Part shown: positions 13,821 to 28,441 of the stretch, one piece after another
How positions within the stretch are numbered: position 1 is the first letter of the stretch
How the letters are laid out: each line of letters starts with the position of its first letter
Position numbers and translations under genes: made by a program
Notes under the pieces: model-generated
Told to the model about the DNA's origin: nothing
Databases searched by the model: none
Seen by the model: the letters and a program-made list of their open reading frames with translations, nothing else
Source: Mobula hypostoma
Lineage: Eukaryota
Assembly (NCBI RefSeq): GCF_963921235.1
Contig: NC_086108.1
Span: 15,624,001-15,688,000 of the forward strand
DNA: 64,000 nt
Direction: 5' to 3'

Positions 13821-16790
13821 TAGAGTCATAGAGAAGTACAACACAGAAATAGGCCATTTGGCCCATCTAGTCCATGCTGAAACCATCTCCACTACCTACT
13901 CCCATAGACCTACACCAGGCCCATAGACCTTACTATCCATATATCTATCCAATTTTCTCTTAAACATTGAAATCAAGCTCGCGTGAACCACTTGTACTGG
14001 CAGCTCATTCCACACTGTCACAGCCCTCTGAGTGAAGAAGTTTCCCCTTATATTCTCCCTAAACTTTTTACCTTTCTCCCTTAACCCATGACCTCTAGTT
14101 GTAGACTGTCCCAACCTCAGTGGCAAAAGCCTGCTTGTATTTACTGTATTTATATCCCTCATAATTTTGTACACCTTTATCAAATTTCCTCTCAGTCTTC
14201 TACGTTCTAAAGAATACAGTCCTAACCTATTCAATCTTTCCTTATAACTCAGGTTCTCCAGACCTGGCAATATCCTTGTAAATTTTCTCTGTACTATTTC
14301 AACCTTATTTACATCTCCCTTGTAGGTAGGTAACTAAAACTGCACACAGTATCCCAAATTAGGCCTCACCAATTTCTTATACAACTTTAACATCCCATCT
14401 TCTGTACTCAATACATTGATTTATGAAGGCCAATTGACAAAAGCTTTCTTTACAACCCTACGTACCTGTGAAGCCACTTTCAACGAATTATGGACCTGTA
14501 TTCCCAGATATGTTTGTTCTACCACTCTCCTCAGTGCCCTACCCTGGTTGGTCCTACTGAAGTATAAAACCTCGCACTTGTCTGCATTAAATTCCATCTA
14601 CTTTTGTCCAACCCATTTTTCTAGCTGACACAGATCCCTTTTCAAGCCATGATTGCCTTCCTCACAGTCCACTCCACCCCTAATCTTGGTGTCATCCACA
14701 AATTTGCTGATCTGTTTGACCATATTATCATCCAGATCATTGATATAGATGACAAACAGCAAAGGACTCAGCACTGATCCCTGCAGCACACCATTAGTCA
14801 CAGGCCTGCAGTCAGAGGCAACCCTCTACCATCACGCTCTGGCTTCTCCCAAAAAGCCAGTATCAAAACCAATTTGCTACCTCATCTTGAATGTTGAGTG
14901 GCTGAACCTTTTTGACCAGCTGCATATGCAGGACCTTGTCAAATGCCTTACTGAGGTCCTTGTAGACAACGTCCACAGCTTTGCCTTCATCCACTTTCCT
15001 GGTGACTTCCTCGAAAAACTCTATAAGATTAGTTAGACATGACCTACTATGCTCGAAGCCATGCTAACTATCCTTAATCAGTCCATGTCTATCCAAATAC
15101 TATATAACTTCCAATAACTTCCCACAAATTTGACGTCAGATTTGCCAGCCTCTGATTTCCTGGAGTATGCTTTGGAGACTTTTTAAAACAGCGGAACTAC
15201 ATTGGGTATATTCCAATCCTCAGGTACCTCCTCTGTCATTAAGGGTGATTTAAGTATCTCTGCTAGTGCCCTGGCATTTTCTGTTCTTGCCTTCTGTAGG
15301 GTCTGAGGGAACACCTTGATAGGCCCTGGGGATTTATCCATCCTGATTTGCCTCAGGGTAGCAAATACCTCCTCTGTAATCTGGACAGGTTCCATAAATT
15401 GATGCCACTTTGCCTCACTGCTATAGACTCTGTATCTGTCTCCCATGCAAGTACAGATGCAAAGATGCATTTAAGAACTCCCCATCTGTTTTGGCTCCAC
15501 ACTTTGATTGCCATTCTGATCTTCCAAAGGACCGATTTTGTCCCTTGCAATCCTTTTACTCAGAACAGATCTGTAGAATCCCTTTGGATTCTCCTTCACC
15601 TTGTCTGCTTACTTCATACCTTCTTTTAACCTTCTTGATTTCTTTCTTGAGTGTACTCCTGCATTTTTATATTCCTTAAGCACCTCAATTGTTCGTACTT
15701 GCCACTTACCTTCTATGCAACTCCTTTTTTCTCTGAACCAGGGCCTCAATATTTCTTGAAAACCAAGGTTCACTATACTTGTTATCTTTACCTTTTATTC
15801 TGACAGGCACATACAAGTTTTTTACTCTCAAAATTTAGTTTCTGAAGGCCTTCCACTTGCCAAGTACCTTTGCCAGAAAACAGCCAGTCCCAACCCACAC
15901 TTACCAGATCATTCCTGATACCATCAAATCGGTCTTTCTCCAATTTAGAATTTCAGTCCATACACTAGACCTATCTTTTTGCATATTTACTTTGAAACTA
16001 ATGGCATTGTGGTCACTGGATGCAAAATATTTCCTGACACACACTTCTGAAACCTTCTTCCCTAATAGCAGATTGAGAATTGTACACTCTCTCATTGGGA
16101 CTCCTACGTACTGATGAAGGAAACTTCCCTGAATATATTTGAAAAACTTTACCCCATTTAGTTCTTTTTCCCAGTCAATATGTGGAAAGTTAAAATCACC
16201 TGATATAATGACCTTATGTTTCTTATAACAGTCTGTGATCTCTTTACAAATTAGTTCCTCTAAATCCTTAAGACTGTTGGGTGGTCTGTATTATAGCCCC
16301 ATTAACATGGGCATATCTTTTTTATTTCTCAGTTCCACCCATAACACCTCACTGGTCGAGTTCTCCAGTCTGTCCTGATGGAGCACTAATGTGACATTTT
16401 CCCTGACTAGTAATGCCAGCTTTCCTCCTCTAATCATTCCCACTCTGTCACGTCTAAAACAACGGAACCCTGGAATATTGAGCTGCGAGTTCTGCCTCTC
16501 CTGCAACCAAGTCTCACTAATGGCTACAACATCAACCACGCCCTGAGCTCATCTGCCTTTCCTATGAATGTTCTTGCGTTGAAATATATGCAGTTCAGGA
16601 CACTAGTCACCCCATGCTCAACCTTTTGTTCCTGACTTTGTCTGAGGTCTTACCAACTTCTGTCTCTACAACCTCTCCAGCATCTGTTCTGACACCTTGG
16701 TTCCCATCACCCTGCAACTCTAGTTTAAACTCCACCATACAGCATTAATAAACCTTCCTGATAGGATTTTAGTCCCTCTTCTGTTCAGGT
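13821..16790 (-). mobile_element. CR1 LINE, about 3 kb, decayed (APE endonuclease to 3' end)
   Basis: DVVAISETWL, FRRDR, SSDHNAISF, KSPGP, GVLQGSVL, KFVDDTK, RGHG motifs. Confidence 0.9.
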
Positions 16791-19081
16791 GGGGGACACA
16801 TGGCAGATGAATTTTTTTTACAGAGAAGTACCATTCATTGTGAGAATGACAGTATGCAAAAAACTAGTTCCAAGTTAACAGGTGTTATCCAAAAGAAATC
16901 TGTGAACAATGAAATCTCCGCCTCTTGTTTATCCAGGTGGTAGTTTACAGAGTGGATGCCTGCAAAAGCATTCCCAATCTGAGTGATTGTTTCTCCCAAC
17001 ACCTGAGTGCTGATAACGAAGGAAGTATGTCCAGCCAGGAATTTTGAGTTGATGATCCATCCTGATTTCCTCCTGAAATTCCATCATTTCAGTGGCCAAT
17101 TCATTTCACTTTATGATATGAAGACGGGGCTAAGAACACTCATAACCAAAGGCTACCTGACTTAATAGTTGTGCACTGAGCAATGTATGCCTCTAGCCAA
17201 ACTATTTTAGTAGTTCTCTAGCATCTATCTGATTATGAGGAAAATTACTACTATATCCTGTTCACAAAACCGGGAAAAATCCAGCTACCTTCCACTCATT
17301 GTCTCCTCACAATCAACAGCAAAGAAATTTGAAGATATTATCAACAGTGCTACCAAGTGGTGTGTCAGTAATAAAATCCTGCTTCTGATTCTGATTCTGT
17401 CAACCAAGTTCCCATCAAGCCAGTCCACATTTAACCCTTTGCTATCCATGTGCCTGTCCAAGTAGCTTTTAAATGTTTTGTTTTAATGTACCTGCCTCAA
17501 CTACTCACTCTGGCAGTAGTTCCATATACTGACCACTGCTGGGGAGTAAAATGCCCCTCAGGTTCCTATCAGATCTGTTTTGACTGGCCCCCTTTCAACC
17601 ACCTAGACAAGAGCATTCATTCCTTTCACTGTTGGTACATTGTGACTACAGTACGTTGTTAACCGTTTACAAAATGCACTGTAGTAACTTGCATAGACTT
17701 TCTGATGTGTGGTGTGGTGTGGTGACCGGAAATGCTCACACTATTCCAAGCCATTAGATAGGAGCCTCCATCCTAGTTATCTTAACCAGTAGCAACTGAC
17801 ATTTTTTCTGGTATTAGAGATTTTCACATAGTTTGCAGATTATTTTTTCTAACTGTTGTGTTTATCATCTTATTGTTTTTGGTACATTTGAGCAGTTTCT
17901 AAGGATGTGCATTTTGTGCCTTTCTGTCTGACTGAGTTGAAGAATTTGACAGTAGTTGAAGAGAAGGTTAAGAAAGTCCTCAATCAACAGAGACTAAAGG
18001 GCTTTGTTGATATTGCCACTCACCATCTCCACATTTTTCTCACTTGGTTCTTTAATAATCTCATCACAACCTTATGTTGGAGAAGCAAATGCCAAAACCA
18101 TCTTTCATTGAAGAACATGAACTGAGGGACTTCAGTTATCTCAATATAGGCTGGCATAGTCACGGTGGCAAAAGGAGGGTGAAATTCTTGAAAAGTATAT
18201 TAAAGAACATTCCTGATCACTGCGTATCCAAGTCCAATAGGAAGGAAGTTGTGCGAAATCTTTCAGGATTTCAGTCACCCACTTCCACGAGTCCACCCAG
18301 GGTCTCTGTCCTTTTGTTCAAATTTCTATCCTTTTCCCCTCTCATTACCTTGACATCACCCTCTCTCAATTGGTTCAATCTGCCCATCACCCAGGGTTCT
18401 CTCTTGGTTCGCCTTTCTTTTCCCCTCCCCAACTTACTGCCACCTGGCCAGCATTCCTCTCTTATCTGGCTCCATTTTTCACCTACCAGCAGCCTCTTTC
18501 TCAACACTCCTCCCCCCCCCATCTAGTTCCATTTGCCCATCATCCTCCTCTCCCCCCTAATCTGATTCTACCAATATCACACTTCCCTCGCAATTTCATA
18601 TACTGGCTATCTCTCCTCTGCAGTCTCAATCCCAAAAAAATCAGCCATTTCTTTGCTTGCACAGATGTCGTTCAGCCACTGAGTTTTGTTCCAGTTTTTA
18701 GCATCTGCAGTCACTCATGTTTGTGTTTGATGTTGTTCTGAGAATAAAGAGGGCAACAGTTTGGAAATGGTCATCACATCATCAAGTTTAAACTGGTTAA
18801 TAACAAGGCAAGATATAACCAAGCATAAAATACAAGGGAAGCTTTCAGTGAGTTGCATAGGGATCAGGCCTTGAAAGATTGGAATCAAATGTAAGCAGAT
18901 ATGACATTAAGTAGAAATGGAGGCCTTCAAAAACGAAATGGTTTAGTTTTAAAGTTTACATATCTATGTGTGAGAAAGACAGAGCATTGAAAGATAGATC
19001 TGGCTTAGCACTAAACACAGTCACAACCAAGCAAAGTGTTAAAACCATAGGTAAAGTCTAGTTCGATCAACTAAAGTACAC

Positions 19082-19730
19082 GATGGTGTTGTGGTTAGTA
19101 CAATGCTATTACAGCTCAGGGCATTTGGAGTTTGGAGTTCAATTCTGGTGCCATCTGTAAGGAGGTTGTATGTCCTCCCCATGAACATGTGGGTTTCCTT
19201 TACTCAGGTTTCCTCTGGGTGCTCCAGTTTCTTCCCACAGTTGAAAGACCTACTGGTTAGTAGGTTCAATGGTTCCATTTTAATATCAGCTATACGACAT
19301 GAAATTTTTGCTCTTAGACATTCACGCAAACAGAAGAGAACCCCAAAGAATGAATGACAGTAAAATGTTAAAACCCCAAAGCCCACTCTTCCCCCCTACA
19401 CACCCAAGCAGCAGCAGCAAAGCATCAAACCTCTCCCATTTATTTCAGTAGGAAGTATCAGCACCCACCACTCACCAAGCAAGCAATAGCCAAGCCTCCA
19501 CACAGAGACCATGATCTGCAGTCCAACAAAAATTTAATCGTTTACCCAACCATTTGACATGCCACAGGCTCTCTCTCTCCCTCGCAGAGGAGCTCAAAGA
19601 AACCGCCCTCTGGTGACATCTTAATTGATCATCGTAAATTGTCCTGTGATTAGGTGAGGGTTATGTAGATGGGTTGCTGTGCAGTGCAGCTTGTTGGGTC
19701 AGATGGGTCGTTCTGCTCTGTATCTCTAAA
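19082..19730 (+). mobile_element. tRNA-derived SINE interrupted by another repeat (about 19266-19620)
   Basis: A-box-like gtggttag, B-box-like gagttcaattc, then a tgggtttcc...gggtgctccagtttc body typical of fish SINEs. Confidence 0.55.
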
Positions 19731-20339
19731 CAAAAACAAAAATAACAAAGGGGCAAAGGTAGAGCACAAGAATAGATGAGTAACCAAGACATCATGGAAC
19801 CCCAAAATCTATACACAATGGGTAAAGTTGGTTTGAGAGACTAAGAAGGTGATCTTGCACAACATGAGAATATGGCTGAGTTACTGAGTATGCACTTTGC
19901 ATCTGTTTCCACTGGAGGATCCTGCCATTATTACAGTAAAGGAAGTGGCAGGTATGACACTGCACCAGATACAAATGCATAAGAAAAGATATTTAAAGTA
20001 GAAAACTCACCTAATATGGGTGAGGTGTATGCCGGATTGTCGAGGGCTATCGGAGGCTTTGGATCAGACTTCCAGTCTTGTTCAACTGTAGAGGTGGTAA
20101 TGGTGGGGAATTTCAGATATTGGAAATCTGCATGACCTGAGTATTTCCACTTTTTTCTGTTGATCTCCAGTAACTGCAGTGCCTGCTTCATGCAATTCCA
20201 GCATTGTTTTTCTCTCCTCTTATCTCATCTCAAGTTGGTGCCCATAAGTCGCGATATTTTGTGTGTAGCTGTGATGGGACTCATTAAATATTCCCATTTA
20301 GGCCTATTACAGCTGAAATTCACAGACACAGCAATAGGT

Positions 20340-23050
20340 ACTTCAGTAAGCAACATTGTTTTAAGACATTTAAAAAATCTTTTGATCTTCAAAATCGACA
20401 GACTCAGATTGCAAGTGCAGTTTCCCTTTAAGAAAACAAAGCACAGATGCCGAGCCAGTCTGCAGGTACGATTGAAACGCAAAGGTTTTAGACCCTCTTC
20501 TTATGACTATCCTGCTGGCAAATGTACTGTCTCTTGAAAATAAAATTGAAGGCCCAAGAGCAATATTGAGGTACCAGGGGGACATCAGGGACCACCAAAT
20601 ACTTCGCTTTATGGAAACGTTGCTCACTAATGCAGTGCTGCAGCCCAATGACTTCACCATTCTCCTCAAAGACAGGACAGCTCAATATTTTAAATGTAGA
20701 GGAGGTGGTGTGTAGTTTGTAGTTACTACCTGTTACGCTGCTGTAGGTAGAGTACGCTATATGATTAATTATTCATGGTGTTTCTGTCTCAGTCCTGCTC
20801 ATCTGAACTGCTGCATCTAACAGTCAAATCTCATCCATTTTATCTTCTGAGGGAGTTTCTGCCGTTATGCTGGTCATGGTGCACATTCCACCTCAGGCCA
20901 ATGTCAGACAGGCTCTGGAGAAGCTGAGCACTGTAATCAGCAATCACAAAATGCTTTCCTTATCATTACGGGGGATTTCAAACAGTCCAGCTTGAAGAAA
21001 TCTTTGAACAACTACCACCAACGTATCACCTGTAGAACCAAAGGAGGCAACACACTTGGCCAGTGTTATACCATCATCAAGAACGTTTACTGTTCCAATC
21101 CACGCCCACACTTTGGAAAGTCCAATCACCTGGCTGTACTTCTATTCCCTAAGTTTAAGCAGAGACTAAAGACCATAGTATCAGTGGTAAGGACCAAGAA
21201 ACTATGGACAAGGGAGGCAGAGGAGTGCTTACAGGACTGTTTTCAGTCGGTGGACAATATTCAGGAACTCATTTTGAATTTGAATAAATATGCCACAGTT
21301 GTCACCAATTTCATGAAGACACATATGGATGAATGTGTTCCTTTGAAGACATACTGGATATACCCAAACCAAAAGGCTTTGATAAACCAGGAGATCCATG
21401 CAATGCTGAAGGCTAGATCTTTGACATTCAAGACCAGGGATCCAGAACTATACAAGAAGTCCGGGTACGATCTATGGAAGGCTATATTCAGAGTGAGAAA
21501 ATAATTCCAAGCTTCTTATGCACACTTTGAAAGGGAGAATCGAACTACACCTGTGCAAATCCCTGCAGCATCTGGTGACCCTGTGACCTCTGTTTTGGAT
21601 GCCAACGTCAGAACATCTTTCAAGAGGGTGAACCCTCACAAGGTGTCAAGCCCTGATGGTGTTCCTGATAGGGCATGAAAATCTGTACTAACCAACTGGA
21701 AAGAGTGTTCAAGGACATATTCAATCTCTCACTGCTGCGGTTAGAAGTTCCCACCTACTTCAAAAGGGTGATAATCATACCTGTGCCAAGAAGAGCAGGG
21801 TGAGCTGCCTCAACGACTATCACCCAGTTGAACTCACATCTACAATGATGAAGTGTTTTGAGAGGTTCATCATGGGCAGAATCAACTCCTGTCTAAACAA
21901 GGACCTGGACCCACTGCAGTTTTCCAGTCGCCACAATAGCTCTTCAACAGATACAATCTCACTGGCTCTCTACTCGGCCTTGGATCACCTGGACAATAGC
22001 AACCCCTGTGTCAGACTACTGTTTATTGATTACAGTTCAGCAATTAGCACCATAATCTATGCTCAGTACTGATGTTAAAGCTCCAAAGCCTGGGCTTCTG
22101 TACCTCCCTCTGCAACTGGATCCTTGATTTCCTCAATGGTTGACCACAGTCAGTGTGGATCAGAAATAACATCTCTTACTCACTGACAGTCAACACTATC
22201 ACATCTCATGGATGTGTGCTTAGCCCACTGTTCTACTCTCTACACGCACGAGAGTGTGGTTAAGTACAGCTCAAATGCCACCTACAAATGTGTTGACATA
22301 ACTATTGTAGGCAGAACTTCAGATGGTGACAAGCAGACATATAGGAGTGAGATAGATCAGCTGGTCGTGTGGTGTCACAACAACAACCTTACACTCATTG
22401 TCAGTAAGACCAAGGAATTGATTATGGACTTCAGGGAGGGGAAATCGAGGGAAGACACACCAATCCTCACTGAGGGGTCAGCAGTGGAAAGGGTGAGCAT
22501 TTCATGCTCCTGGGAGTCAACATCTCTTGAATATCTATCCTGGATCCAACATATTGATACAATTAAAAAGAAAGCACGACAGCGGCTATAATTCATTAGG
22601 AGTTTGTGGAGACTTGGTATGTTTCCAAAAACTCTCGGTAATTTCTACAGGTATACTGTGAAAAGTATTCTAACTGGTTACATCACCATCTGGTATGAAG
22701 GAGCTACTGCACAGGATCGGAAAAAAGCTGCTGCAAGTCATAAACACAGCCAGCTACATCATGGATGCTATCCTCTCCAGCATCCAGGGCGCCTTCAAAG
22801 GCAAAGCCTCAAGCAGGCAGCATCCATCATTAAAGGACTCCCATCACCTAGACATGGTTTCTTCTCATTGCCACCATCAAGGAGGAGGTAGAGGAGTCTG
22901 AAGACACACACTCAATGTTTAGGAACAACTTCTTTCCCTCTACAATCAGATTTCTGAATGGACAATGAACCCATGAGCACTATCTCACCGTAGTTTTTGC
23001 TCTCCTAACTTAATTTTATATACAGTGTACTGTATGTTTCTTATTGTACA
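20340..23050 (+). mobile_element. Rex1/Babar-like LINE, decayed endonuclease and RT
   Basis: ILLANVLSLENK, PHFGKSNH, SCLNDYHPVELTS, VRLLFIDYSSA, VSKTKELIMDFR, KKARQRL. Confidence 0.85.
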
Positions 23051-23156
23051 TATACTGTATGTACAGGTGCAATTAAAAATTTACTTGCAGCAGCTTCACA
23101 GGTACAATACATAACATTGCATTCACAAAGGAAACATAAATTAAAAGTAAATTCTA

Positions 23157-24057
23157 GCAACACACATAAAAGTTGCTGGTGAACGCAGCAGGCCAGGCAG
23201 CATCTCTAGGAAGAGGTACAGTCGACGTTTCAGGCCGAGACCCTTCGTCAGGACTAACTGAAGGAAGAGTGAGTAAGGGATTTGAAAGTTGGAGGGGGAG
23301 GGGGAGATCCAAAATGATAGGAGAAGACAGGAGGGGGAGGGATGGAGCCAAGAGCTGGACAGGTGATAGGCAAAAGGGATACGAGAGGATCATGGGACAG
23401 GAGGTCTGGGAAGAAAGACAAGGAGGTGGGGGGGGGGACCCAGAGGATGGGCAAGGAGTATATTCAGAGGGACAGAGGGAGAAAAAGGAGAGTGAGAGAA
23501 AGAATGTGTGTATAAAAATAAGTAACAGATGGGGTACGAGGGGGAGGTGGGGCATTAGCGGAAGTTAGAGAAGTCGATGTTCATGCCATCAGGTTGGAGG
23601 CTACCCAGACGGAATATAAGGTGTTGTTCCTCCAACCTGAGTGTGGCTTCATCTTTACAGTAGAGGAGGCCGTGGATAGACATGTCAGAATGGGAATGGG
23701 ATGTGGAATTAAAATGTGTGGCCACTGGGAGATCCTGCTTTCTCTGGCGGACAGAGCGTAGATGTTCAGCAAAGCGGTCTCCCAGTCTGCGTCGGGTCTC
23801 ACCAATATATAAAAGGCCACATCGGGAGCACCGGACGCAGTATATCACCCCAGCCGACTCACAGGTGAAGTGTTGCCTCACCTGGAAGGACTGTCTGGGG
23901 CCCTGAATGGTGGTAAGGGAAGAAGTGTAAGGGCATGTGTAGCACTTGTTCCGCTTACACGGATAAGTGCCAGGAGGGAGATCAGTGGGGAGGGATGGGG
24001 GGGACGAATGGACAAGGGAGTTGCGTAGGGAGCGATTGACAAGGGAGTTGCGTAGGG
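23157..24057 (-). mobile_element. Penelope-like element (young subfamily), single arm lacking the 3' tail
   Basis: Intact GIY-YIG ORF 23555-23881 (VIYCVRCSRCGLLYIGETRRRLGDRFAEH); intact hammerhead 23219-23256. Confidence 0.92.
23219..23256 (-). ncRNA. Minimal type I hammerhead ribozyme
   Basis: tagtc-CTGACGA-agggtctcggcct-GAAAC-GTC-gactg read on the - strand. Confidence 0.8.
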
Positions 24058-25628
24058 CTACCCAGTTTTTCCAAGAAAGTACACTATTAGAACAAAAAGA
24101 AATATTTTACTGAAAAGAGCTCAAACTGGTAATAGTGTTGCTAAACCGTAAGTGATTAACGTATTGCTGGTTGATTCAAACACAAATGGTTGATGGTAAG
24201 TAGCTGTTCTTAAACGTGGTGTGTGTGGGGCTTTAGGCTTCTATACATCTTGCCCAATGATAGCTTTTATGATGCTAGGACAAATTTTTAATTTTCTTAT
24301 TTTTATGGTAACAGACCCATCCAGCCTAATGAGGCTGCACCACCCACGCATTGCACCCATATGACCAAGTAACCCTGTGTCTTTGGGGTGGGGGAGGAAA
24401 ACTGGAGCATATTGTCACGGTTTTCACTATCACTGCAAATAATCATGCTGCTAAATTGAACAAGGGATCACTGGCTATATTATTAGATGTAAATGTTGAA
24501 AAGTAAATGGGTTCTGGTACAACACTTCAGCAGAGATATCAAGTTATCTGTTTGTCATCTCCCATTGTAAAGGTTTCAGACAGGGTGCTGAAGAAAATTG
24601 TCAGCACAATATCGGGAATGAAGGTACTCGGCCATATGTAGAGACAGAAGAGGTTCTTGGTTAAGCCATAGCTGGAATACTGTGTACATTTCTGATTGCA
24701 CTGGAGCAAGTGTAAAGGTGGTTCACCAGGATGATGCCTGGGATGGAATTTTTAGTTATGAGAAGAGACTGGAAAGATTAGGATTGTTTTCTTTGGACCA
24801 CAGTAAGCTGACCGGTGACCTGATAGAAGTATACAAAATTGTGAAGGCATACAGTAGATAGGGTGGGTAGTGAGGAACTTCTCTCCATAACAGAGTAGTG
24901 GAAGGGTTTAGGATAAGGGTTAAGAAGTTTAGTGGAGATATGAAGATGGTTGTGAAATCTGGAATGCACCATCTGAGGGATATTTCAGAAGTATCTCGAT
25001 GAACATTTGAATTGTCAACACATAGAAGGCTACAGACTAAGGATTGGTATCTGGGAGTGATATAGATGGATACTTGATCTTATGGATGTAATGGGACAAA
25101 GATCCTGTTCTGTACTGTACACCTCTGAGTAGATTGGATAATGTGCTCTCAGAATCTCCATGTATGTCCCTAAGAATAGATTTGATAGTGTGCATATTTC
25201 CACTCTTCCCTCCTCCATCTCCCTGTCACCCTTCCTGAACTGATAATTTGCCACTCTTACCCTGCCACTTCCCATCACCTCTTTCAGTCCAGAAGAAGAG
25301 TCCTGACCTGAGGCCAACTGCATTTTCCCTCCACAGAAGTTGTCTGTCCCACTGAATTCTACCAGTATTTTATTTTTTATCTCTGGATTCCAGCATCTGT
25401 AGACTCTTCCCTCCTCATCCTTTGATCCTTCCAGTCCTAAGAACAATTAACTTCTCCTTGAATATATTTAATGACTTGACTTCCAGCTGCCTTCCATGAC
25501 AGAGAATTTCACATGTTCACCTGTTTCTGGGAGAAGAACTTTCTTCTCCTCTCTCTGTACGTTTCGGTTTCAAAGTTAATGTGAAAAATAAAGCTGATCT
25601 TTAAATTTTTAAAAACCATCTCTAATCT

Positions 25629-25740
25629 TCCAAAACGTCAACTGTACTTTTTTCCCATAGATGTTGCCTGGCCTGCTGAGTTCCTCCAGCGTTTTGTGTG
25701 TGTTGCTCAGATTGTCAGCATCTGCAGATTTTCTCTTGTT
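25629..25740 (+). mobile_element. Solo Penelope-like 3' end with 8-bp TSD
   Basis: aaaacgtcaactg...gcatctgcagattttctcttgtt flanked by tctaatct at 25621-25628 and 25741-25748. Confidence 0.6.
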
Positions 25741-28366
25741 TCTAATCTGAAAAGAGCAATCCCAGTTTCTCCAATCTATGATCTCCACTGAGGTCACACT
25801 TCAGTTTTAATTATTTTTAAAATTTTTTTTGTGTTCATGGGGGTGGTTTTGGGGAAAGTGAGGGTGTTTGAGGTTAGGTTAGGGTTTTAGGGGCAGGGAT
25901 GTGGGGAATCAGAGGATAGGCCAGAGTCATAAGTCTTGAGTCTCCGCTCCACGTTCAAAGGACAGTGACACAGATGAGGGACATCCATGGACCAGACCGG
26001 ATGTCCAGTTAACAAAGGCTGGTGGCTTCCCCTGGCTCAGTGAGTTGTAGGCAGGTTCCAGTGTCAAAGTTCTGTGCAAGCAAGAGGAATAAGGTTTGAT
26101 TCCCCCCCCCACCCCAGATTCACAAATAAGAACAGAATTCAAGGCCTGGTGTTCAGTGATCATCAGGTCCTGTGGTCGATGCCAAGGATCGAGACCTAGG
26201 AGTTGAATCGGAAATCCAGAAGCTGGGGCCCATTGGCTGGAGACCTGGTCCTGTGAACCTCTGGGAGTTTGTTGGGGTAATTGAAAACCCAATTTCTGGG
26301 TGTCCATATCCAGAGTCCAAAGCTGGATCTGCTGGAGGCCGAAGAACATGGTCTGTCTTGGGGTTAGAGAACTGTGTGTGGGTGTGGGTGAGAGGGAGGA
26401 ATAGTGCTTGTTTTGCTGTTGTCTTGTTGCTTGTTGTGTTCTATGCTGAGCACTGTGGGCAGGCTGTGTTGGTGTCAGAATGTGTGGCCCCCTGAACACC
26501 TTTGGGTGTGTTAGTTGTTAACATCAATGACCCATTTTACTGTACACATGATAAATGAAATTGGGTTTTAAATTTTGAATCTTTCTGAGGGCAAAGTGCT
26601 CTGCATCAGATTCATTGCTTCAGTTGAGACAAGCAATAATATATAAAACTTTAGAATGGCTTTTTAGCATAAATTGTTTCTTGAAGATGTTGCCTGAGCA
26701 TTTTGATCAGTCAGTGCATTGAATGTTTGCTAAGTATCAGCTTGAGCTGACTGATTGGGATAGGCTTATTGATTCTTAAGACAATGAGCCTTGCCTGCTG
26801 ACATGGGTGAATTGATGAGGAGATGCTGTAGTTCTCAAGATGTTGTGATAATGCAGCCCCGATATAAAGCCAAAATCAGCTTTTAGTGAGGCACGGTCTT
26901 CTCTCCTCCATATGCACAAGGGAGGCAGACTGAGTGGTTCTTGACAGCTCTGCAAAAGGGATGACCTTTTATTATAAGACCTATTGATACATGTGTCAAG
27001 TAGAACAAAATTTAGTTTTGTTGCCAATCTATTTGTAGGAATTTAGTCGTCAAGTCAGTAAATTTGAATTATGTCTTAATAAACTTTTTTAAAGAGACTG
27101 CTATAAACAAGCCTCTGACAATGGAATTTAGAATTAATGGCAGGTTTGAAGGTCATTGCAAATGGCACCATTTCAGTATCACTGAAGTAATTTTGGTATA
27201 GTTAATGCAGTTACACAGGGGATCCAATCTGAGCTCAACAAGACCACACAGAAATTAATAAGGTATTTTATTATATGGATAAAATTGATTGATGTCTGGA
27301 AGTTCAAGTTCATGCTTAATTGTCATTCAACCATACATGAATACCCATGAATACACCTAAACGAAACAGTGTTACTGTGGGTGGAGACTGACTGTTGGAT
27401 GGTTGGGAGTACGGATGCTTTTACAAAATTCAAATAGATGTTTTCTCTGGAGTATCAGGATGAAGGGTGACCTGATAGAAGTTTATAAACTTCTGAGACA
27501 TAGGCAGGATAGATAAAAAGTCTTTTTTTCCCAGGGCATATCAAATAGTAGAGTTCATAGCTTTAAAACGAGAGGGGCAAGTGTAAAGGAGATCTAGGAG
27601 GCAAGCTTTTACACAGACAGTTATGTGTCTAGAATGTGCTATCATAGAAGATCTGGGTGGTAGAAGAGCAATAGTTAAGAGGTATTTAAACAGATGCATG
27701 AAGAAGCAGGGAATGGAGGGATATAAATCACTTGAAGGCAGATGGAATTAGTTTCGCTTGGCATCATGGTTTCCACAGACCTGTGGATGACCATATTTGT
27801 TCTGTGCTCCATGTAACTTAGGGCTGGAAGGAGAACTCCCACATCTTTTTGAATAATGCATTAGGAATTTGTCCATTCATCTGAAAGGGCAGGTGGAATA
27901 GCAAGCTGACACTTCAGCTGCAAAGGTTCAAAGGTTCATATTGTTGTCAAAGTATGCATGTACAATACAACCTAATATTTGTCTTCTCGAGATAGCCATG
28001 AAATACAGAAAAACCATGGGAGTTCTTGAAAGAAAAGACATCAACCCCCCCCCCCACAAAAAGGAAAAAGAAACAAAACCCACAAATCTGAGCCTCCCAC
28101 CTCCTCCTTCGCACAAAAAACCTAACAGATTACCCACACGAAAAATGGCAGCTGGAACATCAAACCATCAATGTACCACTTATACAGCGCTGCCCTACAG
28201 TTCAAGTTTGGGTTATGTATTGACATAGAGCCTGGTATTTTGCCCTTAATTTTAAAGCTAGGAGTCTCTAAATTGAAAATGCAAGATTGTTTTAACATAA
28301 GTTTGTTGGAATGAATTTGCTCACTAGCTTGCCTTGGTTTATACTGCTCTCTTATCTTTTCCACAG

Positions 28367-28441
28367 GCTTACTCTGTACATGATGAAGATATTGGTTATT
28401 GCCAGGGCCAGTCTTTCCTTGCTGCTGTTCTCTTGCTGCAC
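28367..28441 (+). CDS. RABGAP1L: RABGAP1L coding exon, TBC domain (AYSVHDEDIGYCQGQSFLAAVLLLH)
   Basis: 75-nt phase-0 exon; acceptor ctcttatcttttccacag, donor gtaagt; contains the TBC YxQ catalytic Gln motif (GYCQG); joins the next exon in frame. Confidence 0.93.

Noticed and set aside
23154..23568. Recurrent ORFs such as MLVNAAGQAAS... and ...SPDEGSRPETST as a gene family
   Set aside because: They are readings of the Penelope-like terminal repeat; the conservation reflects copy identity and the ribozyme.
1..28366. Upstream RABGAP1L exon (IxxDxxR motif) or the nested GPR52 gene
   Set aside because: I found no matching sequence or long GPCR ORF by eye; both probably lie upstream of the window.
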